From NCBI GenBank assembly GCA_045587385.1, contig JAZNCE010000120.1, forward strand, positions 45,085 to 109,084: a stretch of DNA of 64,000 bases. Reading direction: 5' to 3'. This document shows positions 10,165-19,431 of the stretch, in pieces. The notes beneath the pieces were generated by a model. That model made no database searches and had not been told where the DNA came from. It saw only the letters and a program-made list of their open reading frames with translations. Each line of letters opens with the position of its first letter. Within the stretch, counting starts at the first letter, position 1. The stretch comes from Eubacteriales bacterium (lineage in GTDB: Bacteria; Bacillota; Clostridia; Oscillospirales; CAG-272). Both the position numbers and the translations under genes were made by a program.

Positions 10165-12060
10165 ATGAAACACGGATTTATCAAAATAGCAGCCGCTGCG
10201 CCCGAGATCAGACTCGCCGATGCAGCATATAACGCAGAGATATTGGCGCAAACCGCCCGCAATGCCTATGAAAACGACGGCGCGCGCATCATCGTATTTC
10301 CCGAGCTGTGCCTGACGGGCGCAAGCTGCGGTGACCTGTTCTTTCAAAGCACGCTGTTAAAGAGTGCAAAGGACGCGCTTGCGACGTATCTCGAGCTGAC
10401 CGCCGATCTGGACGTGATCTCGGTTGTGGGTCTGCCCATGCAAATGAACGGCAAGCTGTATAACTGCGCAGCAGTATGCAGCGCGGGCACGCTGCTTGGC
10501 GTTGTTCCTTCCGCCAACGCAGACAGACACTTTGCAAAGCTTGGCGATGCGGCTTACGCGTTCGATCCGTTTGGCGACGGCATGCAGGTCTGCAATTTCG
10601 GCAATAACACGATCTTCTCCTGCTCCGATATGCCCGAGCTCAAGATTGGCGTATGCGTTGGCGAGGGTGATATCACCGACCTTTGCGCGGCAAGTGCGAC
10701 CCTGATCTGCCGCACAGCAGCAACTCCCGAGATCGCGGGAAGTGATTGCAAGCTGTATAACGAAGCGCAACATTTGTCCTGCGAGAATCATTGCGCATAC
10801 CTCTTCTGTAACGCAGGCAGAGGCGAATCCACCACCGACGCGGCATACGGTGCACGCGCCATTATCGCCGAGGACTGCAAGCTTCTTGCAAGCAGAAAGC
10901 CCTTTGATTTTACCGCGGATTACGTATGCACCGAGATCGACGTGCAGCTATTGAACAGCGAGCGCGTCAAGGACGCTGCGTTTACCAATAAGACCGGCAA
11001 CCGCGAGTTTGCCGAGGTGGATTTCTCACTTGGCTACACCGATACCGAACTGACGAGATTTGTCGATCCCCTGCCCTTTGTCGTTCCCTTTAATCATGAC
11101 GCCGGCTGGGAGAGCATTCTGCACATTCAGACCGAGGGATTGCGCGCACGCGTCAAGGCTGCACACGCAGACACGCTGGTGCTTGGCATTTCGGGCGGTC
11201 TTGACTCCACGCTTGCCCTGCTTGTGGCAGTAGATGCTGTCAAATCTTTGGATATGCCCACTAACAAGGTGCTTGCCATTACCATGCCCGGATTTGGCAC
11301 GACCGCAAGAACCAAGAACAATGCAACCGTGCTGTGCGAGCAGCTGGGCGTTGACTTCCGTGAAATTCCGATCGGTGAGTCTGTCGCCCTGCACTTTAAG
11401 GACATTGAACATGATCCTTCCAATCATAACGTTGTCTATGAAAACAGCCAGGCGCGCGAGCGCACGCAGATTCTGATGGACGTTGCCAACCAATGCAACG
11501 GTCTTGTCGTAGGAACGGGTGACCTTTCGGAATCGGTGCTGGGCTGGGCTACCTATAACGGTGACCACATGTCCAACTACAGCGTCAACTGCGGCGTTTC
11601 CAAGACCATGGTACGCAATCTGGTGGCATATGCTGCGCGTAAGTACAGAGCTTTGGGCGAGGTTGCCATTGCGGACGCGCTGGACGACGTAGTCGGCACG
11701 CCCGTCAGCCCCGAGCTGCTCCCCGCAGATGAGAACGGCAACATTGCGCAAAAGACCGAGAATCTGGTAGGCCCCTACGAGCTGCACGATTTCTTTATTT
11801 ACAATGCCCTGCGCTACGGCTTTGGACCCGAAAAGATCTACCGCCTTGCATGCTATGCGTTTGCAGGTCAGTTTGATGGTGAAACCGTCGCGCGTTGGCT
11901 CAAGGTCTTTACCCGCCGCCTGTTCACCCAGCAATTCAAGCGTTCCTGCATGCCCGACGGTCCTGCCGTCTGCGACGTAAGCATTTCCCCTCGCGGCGGT
12001 CTGTCCATGCCCTCCGATGCGTGCATGAATGCGTGGATGCAGGAAATTGAGAATATCTAA
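10165..12060 (+). CDS. nadE: glutamine-dependent NAD+ synthetase (CN-hydrolase domain + NAD synthetase domain)
   Basis: Track ORF 10144-12060. I prefer the ATG at 10165 (MKHGFIKIAAAAPE) because GGAGG at 10155-10159 precedes it. It has an N-terminal nitrilase-like domain (VFPELCLTG) and the PP-loop GISGGLDSTLALLV. Confidence 0.9.
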   Translation: MKHGFIKIAAAAPEIRLADAAYNAEILAQTARNAYENDGARIIVFPELCLTGASCGDLFFQSTLLKSAKDALATYLELTADLDVISVVGLPMQMNGKLYNCAAVCSAGTLLGVVPSANADRHFAKLGDAAYAFDPFGDGMQVCNFGNNTIFSCSDMPELKIGVCVGEGDITDLCAASATLICRTAATPEIAGSDCKLYNEAQHLSCENHCAYLFCNAGRGESTTDAAYGARAIIAEDCKLLASRKPFDFTADYVCTEIDVQLLNSERVKDAAFTNKTGNREFAEVDFSLGYTDTELTRFVDPLPFVVPFNHDAGWESILHIQTEGLRARVKAAHADTLVLGISGGLDSTLALLVAVDAVKSLDMPTNKVLAITMPGFGTTARTKNNATVLCEQLGVDFREIPIGESVALHFKDIEHDPSNHNVVYENSQARERTQILMDVANQCNGLVVGTGDLSESVLGWATYNGDHMSNYSVNCGVSKTMVRNLVAYAARKYRALGEVAIADALDDVVGTPVSPELLPADENGNIAQKTENLVGPYELHDFFIYNALRYGFGPEKIYRLACYAFAGQFDGETVARWLKVFTRRLFTQQFKRSCMPDGPAVCDVSISPRGGLSMPSDACMNAWMQEIENI

Positions 12061-12173
12061 CTACTATGCTGTACGCGCAACACTAAAATTCTTTATAATG
12101 TTGCAATTACAATGTAACAGAGAACCGTCACCTGTTACACTTACAATAGAACTCATGAAAGGTGTACATTGAT

Positions 12174-13076
12174 ATGAAGAAATTGACCACTCTCTTAATT
12201 TTAGTACTTGCAGTAGGCTTGACTTTTGCGGGTTGCCAAAACGGTATGCAGGACGAGTCCAATTCGTCGGATCAGTCGACAAACATCGAAACCTCTCAAC
12301 CTGTAAAAAATGAAGTATTTTTGCAAAGCGAGGTGATCGAAACCACGCCCTACGGAACGACGCGCTATCAAATGGAGTACGATAGCATGGGACGACTGAT
12401 TACGCAAACAGTCTATGCTGACGGTCAAGATCCGACAGTTTATACATATACGTACGATGCATTTGGATATTTGAATAGCGATACGCGGACGGGGAGCATT
12501 GAATATGCCGAGCAATGGGAAAACGACGAAGATGGAAGAATACTGTCCGGAAGTGTTGTTATCAAATCCTCTTTTGGTACAACAAAAACTTCCTACACAT
12601 ACCAATACGATGAAAACGGTCGCGTTTCCGTTTACACACTGTCCGATGAAGCCGGGAAGATTACACAAAAGAAAGAGTACGAATATATCGATTCCAATGG
12701 CAGTTATTCCGTCACAATAACCAGTGCAAGCATGCCAACACAAACAATGACATATATGATTGATTCCCAAGGAAACCTCGTGGAGCAAACTACAAAATCA
12801 GGGGATCGGGAAATCTCTCAAATCAAATATGATGCATACGGAAACGTTATCCAATCGGTCGCCAACGGCGTTGTCACCAACTCGGAAAACATCTACGAAC
12901 AAGAATTGCTGACACAGGTCAAGGTGCTTGACGGAGAAGGAAACCTTATGCAACAAAGAGTAAATACCTATGATCAAAATAACATGCTTGTATTGTCTGT
13001 GATTACCGATGCGTCGGGAACGGTTATCAACCAAACCGAAATAAAATATACCTTATGCGTAATCGAACAAGAATAA
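12174..13076 (+). CDS. small YD/RHS-repeat lipoprotein
   Basis: ATG at 12174 (MKKLTTLLILVLAVGLTFAGC lipobox). It carries about ten degenerate YD repeats (EYDSMGRL, YTYDAFGYL, YQYDENGRV, KYDAYGNV, NTYDQNN). Confidence 0.55.
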   Translation: MKKLTTLLILVLAVGLTFAGCQNGMQDESNSSDQSTNIETSQPVKNEVFLQSEVIETTPYGTTRYQMEYDSMGRLITQTVYADGQDPTVYTYTYDAFGYLNSDTRTGSIEYAEQWENDEDGRILSGSVVIKSSFGTTKTSYTYQYDENGRVSVYTLSDEAGKITQKKEYEYIDSNGSYSVTITSASMPTQTMTYMIDSQGNLVEQTTKSGDREISQIKYDAYGNVIQSVANGVVTNSENIYEQELLTQVKVLDGEGNLMQQRVNTYDQNNMLVLSVITDASGTVINQTEIKYTLCVIEQE

Positions 13077-14200
13077 TTATCCTTGCCGGAACGTGCCTTT
13101 GCTTGCTTGCATGCTTCGCATGTCAGACACATCCGGAAAGCAATACACCCCCGATCACGGAAACTACCGAGTCCGAAAACGAGCAGCCTTTATACGTGCA
13201 GTCTTTAGAGGTGAATGAGATTGGTGTTCCGTATGAAAAGCTCTCTCCAAAGGCAAGAGTTCCTTGGGATTTGTGCTTATATCAAGATTATCTGTATGTT
13301 GGGGCAGGAGATTATGATGCCAACCTTTCTCCAAAGGTATTTCAAAGATATCACACAGAGAACGGCGCATGGGAAAGCTGTGGTAAGGTTTATGATGAGC
13401 AAATTCATCGCTTTATTGAGATTGGCGATCAATTATGTGTTCCGGGGGCAGATCCTTTGGGAGATTGGTCCAAAGGCAATTACTATATTCTGCAACAAGA
13501 TGCTTTTTCCTTACAAAGAGTCATTCCGAATGCGATTCATACTTTTGATATAGTTGAATACGACGGAAAGCTGTTTGTGGGAAACGGTGTTTCTGCCGGT
13601 AAATATCCGGTTGAAGTATCGGAAGTCGGGAGTGATTCGTTTACACAGGTGATCTTTTATAAGAATGATCACGCTCTTGATACTCGAGCATTTACAGAAA
13701 TCCGAGTGTACGATTTCTTTGTTTGTAATGATACTCTATATGCCTTCTTGACATTGGATGCGGAGCGTTCTGTTTACCGTTATGAAAACGGTGCATTTGT
13801 TTATGATAATCTGTGGACGTATAAGCTTGTTTGGGTTCGGGATGAGGTTCATGTCCCGATTTGGGCAAAAGTCTCTCATAACAATACCGTATATTTGACC
13901 ACGGGACTATTGTATGCGACGAACGATTTGAATACTTTTACCGCTATAGATGTTGGCAATACACAACGGATCACAGACATTCTTGTATATGATGACGTTG
14001 TCTATGCTTTGGGATATTGCAAGCTTGACACGGGGATATATGAAAATCGAATATTCAGATTATCGGAACAGCAGTCTGTCTTGGTTGCATCATTCCAAAA
14101 TCAAGCTCCTGCCATATCCTTTGCCCGTGATGAATCCACGTGGTATTTCGGATTGTCAGCCCCTGAAGCGGGTTGCATTATATCTGCAAGTATTAAATGA
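13055..14200 (+). CDS. lipoprotein of unknown function, repeated beta-strand (propeller-like) appearance
   Basis: 381 aa with signal/lipobox MRNRTRIIILAGTCLCLLACFAC. It overlaps the preceding ORF by 22 nt. I recognise no family. Confidence 0.5.
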   Translation: MRNRTRIIILAGTCLCLLACFACQTHPESNTPPITETTESENEQPLYVQSLEVNEIGVPYEKLSPKARVPWDLCLYQDYLYVGAGDYDANLSPKVFQRYHTENGAWESCGKVYDEQIHRFIEIGDQLCVPGADPLGDWSKGNYYILQQDAFSLQRVIPNAIHTFDIVEYDGKLFVGNGVSAGKYPVEVSEVGSDSFTQVIFYKNDHALDTRAFTEIRVYDFFVCNDTLYAFLTLDAERSVYRYENGAFVYDNLWTYKLVWVRDEVHVPIWAKVSHNNTVYLTTGLLYATNDLNTFTAIDVGNTQRITDILVYDDVVYALGYCKLDTGIYENRIFRLSEQQSVLVASFQNQAPAISFARDESTWYFGLSAPEAGCIISASIK

Positions 14201-14208
14201 GGTAAAAA

Positions 14209-14382
14209 ATGATTGACGATCGAAAAGAATCTTTATGGATTCATTGTCCGATCTGCCAAGGAAAAACAAGGATCAAAGTATATGAAGATACTGTTCTTGA
14301 AAAATTCCCGTTATACTGTCCGAGGTGTAAAGAGGAAGTTCGGATAGACGTTGTAAAATCGAAAATGGTGTTAAGCAAGTGA
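14209..14382 (+). CDS. cysteine-rich KTR-type zinc-ribbon protein (57 aa)
   Basis: Below the ORF-track size cut-off. My translation is MIDDRKESLWIHCPICQGKTRIKVYEDTVLEKFPLYCPRCKEEVRIDVVKSKMVLSK, with two CxxC pairs and the GKTR / FPLYCP(R/K)CK pattern of the Clostridial Cys-rich KTR family. The ATG lies 8 nt after the previous stop, and a terminator follows. Confidence 0.65.
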   Translation: MIDDRKESLWIHCPICQGKTRIKVYEDTVLEKFPLYCPRCKEEVRIDVVKSKMVLSK

Positions 14383-14401
14383 GCCCGACACAAAAGTGCA
14401 A

Positions 14402-14443
14402 AGCCAGCTTTCCGTTCAAAACGGATAAGCTGGCTCTTTTTTG
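14402..14443 (+). terminator. rho-independent terminator
   Basis: Stem AGCCAGCTT / AAGCTGGCT with a 16-nt loop, followed by CTTTTTTG. Confidence 0.75.
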
Positions 14444-14509
14444 TTGCATCAAATGCAACCACTCTTTGCCAAATTCTTGCATTTGGCGCAACTTTTTTTC
14501 AAAAACATC

Positions 14510-14538
14510 TTGCAAAATTGCCGTTTATACTGTATAAT
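14510..14538 (+). promoter_or_regulatory. sigma-70-type promoter for rhaA (TTGCAA-17-TATAAT)
   Basis: -35 at 14510-14515, 17-nt spacer, -10 at 14533-14538. Confidence 0.6.
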
Positions 14539-14598
14539 GTATCTTGACTATATATGTTCTCAAAAATTTGTACATATATCAATCAGGAGGAATTCAAA

Positions 14599-15843
14599 AT
14601 GAATCAACGCTATGAATCCGCAAAGCAGATCTACGCTAAGTACGGTGTTGACACCGAGGCTGCGATCTCCAAGCTTTCCGACATTCGCATTTCTATGCAC
14701 TGCTGGCAGGCAGACGACGTTCTTGGTTTCGAGAACAACGGCCCTCTGACCGGCGGTATTCAGACCACCGGTAACTATCCCGGCAGAGCAACCGGCCCCG
14801 ATCAGCTGTTTGCAGACCTGGAAAAGGCTCTCTCTCTGATTCCCGGTACTCACAAGATCAACGTTCACGCGAACTACGCAATCTTCGAGGACGGCGAGTT
14901 TGCTGACAGAGACGCGCTTGAGCCCAAGCACTTCCAGAAGTGGGTTGACTTCGCTAAGAAGCACGGCATGGGTCTGGACTTCAACCCCACCTATTTCTCT
15001 CACCCCAAGGCTAACGGTCTGACCCTTTCCTCTCCCGACGAGGAGATCAGAAAGTTCTGGGTAAGACACGGTATCTGCTGCATGAAGATCGCTGAATACT
15101 TCGCAAATGAGACCGGCTATCCCTGCGTTATCAACTTCTGGACCGGCGACGGCTTCAAGGATATTCCCGCTGACCGTATGGGTCCCCGTATGAGATACGC
15201 ACAGTCCCTGGACGAGATCCTGGCTTGCGGCTACGACAAGACCAAGGTTTACCCCTGCGTTGAGTCCAAGGTATTCGGTATCGGCGTAGAGTCCTACACC
15301 GTTGGCTCCGGCGAGTTTGCTCTGTCCTACGCTCTGTCCCGTGGTATCGTTCCGCTGTTCGACAACGGTCACTACCATCCCACCGAGGTCGTTTACGACA
15401 AGCTGCCCGCAATGCTCTGCTTCTCCGAGAAGCTGGCTATGCACATCACCAGACCCATTCGTTGGGACTCTGACCACGTTGTAAACTTCGACGACGACAC
15501 CAGAGAGATGATGATGGAAGTCGTTCGCTGCGATGCTCTTGACAGAGTATTCCTGGCTACCGACTACTTCGATGCTTCTATCAACCGTGTAGCTGCTCTG
15601 GTTATCGGTATGAGAAGCGTACAGAAGGCTCTGCTTTACGCTCTGCTTTCTCCCAATGCCGAGATGAAGGCTCTGCAGGATGCAGGCAACACCACCAAGC
15701 TGATGATGCTGCGTGAGGAAGTCAAGACCCTGCCCTTCGGCGATATCTGGACCGAGTTCTGCGAGAGAAACGGCGCTTGCGCTTGCTCTTGCTGGTTCAA
15801 GGAGATCGAGGAGTACGAGGCTGAGGTTCTCTCCAAGAGATAA
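14599..15843 (+). CDS. rhaA: L-rhamnose isomerase
   Basis: Start moved to the ATG at 14599 (AGGAGG 8 nt upstream). MNQRYESAKQIYAKYGVDTEAAISKLSDIRISMHCWQADDVLGFE matches the RhaA N-terminus. Confidence 0.9.
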   Translation: MNQRYESAKQIYAKYGVDTEAAISKLSDIRISMHCWQADDVLGFENNGPLTGGIQTTGNYPGRATGPDQLFADLEKALSLIPGTHKINVHANYAIFEDGEFADRDALEPKHFQKWVDFAKKHGMGLDFNPTYFSHPKANGLTLSSPDEEIRKFWVRHGICCMKIAEYFANETGYPCVINFWTGDGFKDIPADRMGPRMRYAQSLDEILACGYDKTKVYPCVESKVFGIGVESYTVGSGEFALSYALSRGIVPLFDNGHYHPTEVVYDKLPAMLCFSEKLAMHITRPIRWDSDHVVNFDDDTREMMMEVVRCDALDRVFLATDYFDASINRVAALVIGMRSVQKALLYALLSPNAEMKALQDAGNTTKLMMLREEVKTLPFGDIWTEFCERNGACACSCWFKEIEEYEAEVLSKR

Positions 15844-15862
15844 TTACATACCTAAATTTTAT

Positions 15863-15896
15863 GGGGCAGTTGCGTACAACTGCCCCTATTTCTATT
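15863..15896 (+). terminator. rho-independent terminator after rhaA
   Basis: Stem GGGGCAGTTG / CAACTGCCCC, loop CGTA, tail TATTTCTATT. Confidence 0.7.
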
Positions 15897-15923
15897 GACA
15901 TTTGCCGCCAAATTATGTATAAT
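15895..15923 (+). promoter_or_regulatory. consensus sigma-70 promoter (TTGACA-17-TATAAT) for the 1130-aa lipoprotein gene
   Basis: -35 TTGACA at 15895-15900, 17-nt spacer, -10 TATAAT at 15918-15923. Confidence 0.65.
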
Positions 15924-15951
15924 ATATACAATTAACCAATGGAGGTACTTT

Positions 15952-18900
15952 ATGAAAAGACTTTTGCCTTTCCTGCTTGCGCTGCTGCTCTTGCTCCCCT
16001 GCTTGGCAGCGTGCAAAACTCCCCCCGCACCCGATCAAGAAACCGGCACTGATGCACCCGATATCATTCCCACCGCACAGCCGCTTGTGCTGGTAAAGGA
16101 CGGCGCGAGTGAATACGTCATCGTTCGCCCTGCCGATATCACGGCACAAGATCCTGCGTTTATCGCTGCCGTACTGTTTCGCGACACCGTGGAACAGCTG
16201 ACCGGCGTGGCTTTGCGGATCGTGACAGACGATGAGAATGCCTATGCTGTTGCCGATAAGGAAATCGTGATCGGCAATGCGCGCGGTGCTGCATATGCAC
16301 AAAGTGCAGTATACGTATCCGAAAGCAAGCTTTTCATCGGCGGCCAAGCGCAACTTTTGTCCGATATGGTGGCAGCATTTTTTAAGAACTGCTTTGCATA
16401 CGATCTTACTTCCGAGGAGGTAAAGCAAATGACCGAGCTTTCCGTTCCCGCTGATTTTGCCATGGATCAGGCAGGCACTATCATTGTACCGGAAATCAAG
16501 CAAGATGCTACGGCATGGGGCGACAACGTCGCATATGCCGACGAGGTTGCCAACCTTGTCAACTTCCGCTATCTGGATCAAAAAAGAGATATTGCCGAGA
16601 TCACAAACGGGGATATGCGCCTTGTCTACAATCTTGATATCAAGGACAACAAGCAGGTTGCAGGTCTTTACAACAAGCAAGGTGCCGCTTATCTGACCAA
16701 CACCATGGACGCATTTGTCATTGCAGACAACGGTGAAAAGCTGTATGCATCCATGTCAGGCCCCGGTGCACGCGGTAACATCTACCGCTTTGGCTATTAT
16801 TACTATGATATTCATTTCCTGGATCAGGGCTTCCTTCCCTCTTCTTATAGCGTTGATGAGAGCGCGGGCAGCTACGATCTGCTTGCCAAGGCGCGTAAGA
16901 TCAACACACATGACATCAAATCCGCTGAACTTTCTGACGGAGTTCTGACCGCTGTGGTTGACAGCACGACGGACCCCTATTTCCATTGGAGTGTAAAGTA
17001 TAACACCGAGGATTTCAATGCGCTGCAGATCACCATGCGCACTCAACATTCCAACAAGGTCACGCTGTATTTCCACGTTGGCAACGGAGGCGGCTTTAAC
17101 GCTGATCAGCTGACCTCCTTCTCGGTTGACCCCGGCAAAGAATTTTGCACCGTCATTGTTCCTTTGGAAGGCATCCCGAATTACACCGATAAGGTAAATG
17201 CAATTCGTGTAGACTGCGGTGATAAGGCGGGTGAAGTAATCGAAATCAAGGAAATGAAGGCGATTAAGATCAACACGACTTCATCAACCAACATGAAGCT
17301 CGACCGCAACTATCACGTATACGGTGATAAGATGCACGAGCAGATCCGCGTGGTAGCAGACGGAGATACCAAGGGATTTGCGGGCTTTGGCGCACAGACC
17401 AAGATCGAAGCAAGCCGCGTATCTGCTCTCGTCATCGCGGACAAGAACGGCAAGCACACCACGATTGACGGTATTGATACCGCAAGCGTTGCTTACGTCG
17501 GCTTTGATATTGCCGACGCAGGCATATTCGGTTACATCTTCCCTGCAGAAAGTAAATACGTGGGTGACGTAAGCGTCACGCTTGAGGACGGCTATTACGT
17601 GATCACACAGACCTATACCCCTGCATCGACCTCCTTGAAATCTCATGAAAGCTATTCCATCGGTCACCGTATTTATACAGACGAGAGCCACTCCTTTGAC
17701 GAACTGGAGCGTCAGGCGTATATCGAGCGCAATCCGCTGACCGACGTCAAGATCGTAACCCAGCGCGACAATGCTAAGTTTGCAGGCTATAACAGCCTGA
17801 TCGGCTGCTACACCTATACGCTGAACGGTACTGATTTCAATCCCGCTTACTACAAAGATCCTCAATGGCAATTCATCGTAGATACGCAAATCAACGGTGA
17901 CGACTACGACCGCAATATTTACGTATTCGCACATACGACCACGTCCGGTGCGCTGGAGTGCAGCGTTGTACTGGATGGAAATGATGCTCTGCTGCCCATC
18001 AACGTAGAAGTTTGCAAAAACTTCAAGGGTGAGTACGAGGAAACGCTGTTTGATCCCGAAGATATGCACTACGGCTATGCAATCTTCCCCATTACCGTAG
18101 ACAAGAACCAGACCAAGCACTTCAAATCTGTCAACCTGTATCAGAACTGGGGTAAAGTGCCGCTCAAGCAGCTGTCGTCCATTCAGTTTATTGCACCGTA
18201 CTATCACCTTTCCTGCGGTGTCACCGAGACCAACTGTATAGCCCCCTACTACGTATACGGCAAGGATTACTGGACGCTGCCCGATTTCCGTGCAATGTCC
18301 TCGCCTCTGTGGAACAGTCAGCCGCAGCACACCAGTGCGGGCAGACTGTACTGGCTGCAGTACACCGATGCAAAGGGTGATTTCTACGGTTCCGAATCGC
18401 AGACCGCAGATATCTCCTCTTCCGGTCCCGTTTACGTGGATATTGACATGAGCTATCTTTCCGACGACGGCAAGATCCAAGTCGATTACAGACAGGTGGA
18501 AATGGCACAGTCGGATGAAACCAGAACCTACTATACGCTTGATCTGACTGTACTGGAGGATCTTGAAATCAAGGATTTCGTCAACAACTTCTCGTTCTTC
18601 TCCATGGACGGCAGAGCGATCGTATATAAGAAGCTCGGTTATCTGGACGAAAATAATCAGCCCCAGACCGTGGAGCTTAACCTGAGCGAGCACACAAACT
18701 ATTATAAGCTCGGCAAAGAAGGCGCATATTTTGATTACTACATCGACTCCGATCCCACGCATAAGATGGTCGATTCGGTCAATATGGCTGTTGTGATCAA
18801 GGATTACGCAATGGTCATTGGCGGCAAAACCTACGACGGCAACCTGGTACTCAAGGAAAGCTTTGACGGCGAGGTCAACCTTGCAACCCTGACCGCAGAC

Positions 18901-19344
18901 CTTGGTGACGTGACCCTGCGTGCAGGTGATACGGTTCGCATTGATATGATCCTGCTGCCTTGGGGCTCGCCCGAAAGCACGGATGATTCCAACGTGCGCG
19001 GTGTCAGAGAGGATTCGATTCTCTCGCCTATCAAGACCGAAGCAAGCGTTGGCACTGTGATCGCTGACACTTACCTGCCTACCGTGATGGCACAGAATAA
19101 CACCGCAGAATTTACCGTCAGCGGTGGCGGCTCTACCATTTACGCGGTACGCGTTTACGGCTTTGATTCCTTCACCAAGCCCACTATTCAGGTGCTTGAA
19201 GGCGGCAACTGGGTCGATTACGATTACCAGCATTACAGCTATGACGGTTACATGTCCTTCCGCGAGGATGACGGTACGTATTCTTTCGCCTTCTCGTTTG
19301 AAATGACAGACGGCGAAGCACGCACCTTCCGCGTGACGCAGTAA
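15952..19344 (+). CDS. very large secreted lipoprotein of unknown function (possible glycan-active enzyme)
   Basis: Start moved to the ATG at 15952 (GGAGG at 15941-15945). It has the lipobox MKRLLPFLLALLLLLPCLAAC. About 1130 aa with no motif I can assign. It has its own promoter and terminator. Confidence 0.6.
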   Translation: MKRLLPFLLALLLLLPCLAACKTPPAPDQETGTDAPDIIPTAQPLVLVKDGASEYVIVRPADITAQDPAFIAAVLFRDTVEQLTGVALRIVTDDENAYAVADKEIVIGNARGAAYAQSAVYVSESKLFIGGQAQLLSDMVAAFFKNCFAYDLTSEEVKQMTELSVPADFAMDQAGTIIVPEIKQDATAWGDNVAYADEVANLVNFRYLDQKRDIAEITNGDMRLVYNLDIKDNKQVAGLYNKQGAAYLTNTMDAFVIADNGEKLYASMSGPGARGNIYRFGYYYYDIHFLDQGFLPSSYSVDESAGSYDLLAKARKINTHDIKSAELSDGVLTAVVDSTTDPYFHWSVKYNTEDFNALQITMRTQHSNKVTLYFHVGNGGGFNADQLTSFSVDPGKEFCTVIVPLEGIPNYTDKVNAIRVDCGDKAGEVIEIKEMKAIKINTTSSTNMKLDRNYHVYGDKMHEQIRVVADGDTKGFAGFGAQTKIEASRVSALVIADKNGKHTTIDGIDTASVAYVGFDIADAGIFGYIFPAESKYVGDVSVTLEDGYYVITQTYTPASTSLKSHESYSIGHRIYTDESHSFDELERQAYIERNPLTDVKIVTQRDNAKFAGYNSLIGCYTYTLNGTDFNPAYYKDPQWQFIVDTQINGDDYDRNIYVFAHTTTSGALECSVVLDGNDALLPINVEVCKNFKGEYEETLFDPEDMHYGYAIFPITVDKNQTKHFKSVNLYQNWGKVPLKQLSSIQFIAPYYHLSCGVTETNCIAPYYVYGKDYWTLPDFRAMSSPLWNSQPQHTSAGRLYWLQYTDAKGDFYGSESQTADISSSGPVYVDIDMSYLSDDGKIQVDYRQVEMAQSDETRTYYTLDLTVLEDLEIKDFVNNFSFFSMDGRAIVYKKLGYLDENNQPQTVELNLSEHTNYYKLGKEGAYFDYYIDSDPTHKMVDSVNMAVVIKDYAMVIGGKTYDGNLVLKESFDGEVNLATLTADLGDVTLRAGDTVRIDMILLPWGSPESTDDSNVRGVREDSILSPIKTEASVGTVIADTYLPTVMAQNNTAEFTVSGGGSTIYAVRVYGFDSFTKPTIQVLEGGNWVDYDYQHYSYDGYMSFREDDGTYSFAFSFEMTDGEARTFRVTQ

Positions 19345-19364
19345 ACAAAATCCATAAATATGGA

Positions 19365-19395
19365 GGGAGCGCGTTTGCATTGCAAACGCGCTCCC
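19365..19395. terminator. perfect 15-bp hairpin, probable bidirectional terminator
   Basis: GGGAGCGCGTTTGCA / TGCAAACGCGCTCCC. The tail is weakly T-rich on plus and more T-rich on minus. Confidence 0.55.
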
Positions 19396-19431
19396 GTTGC
19401 TATATGATAAATGATCGACGCCTTGTTTGTC

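Noticed and set aside
10006-10347. 113-aa minus-strand ORF across the pncB/nadE intergenic region
   Set aside because: It overlaps the nadE promoter, RBS and 5' coding region. It has no RBS and a Cys/Ile-rich nonsense-like sequence.
17284-19380. 698-aa minus-strand ORF inside the 1130-aa lipoprotein gene
   Set aside because: It is a codon-aligned antisense shadow (offset 1332 = 444 x 3). It runs through the plus-strand terminator hairpin and has no plausible start context.
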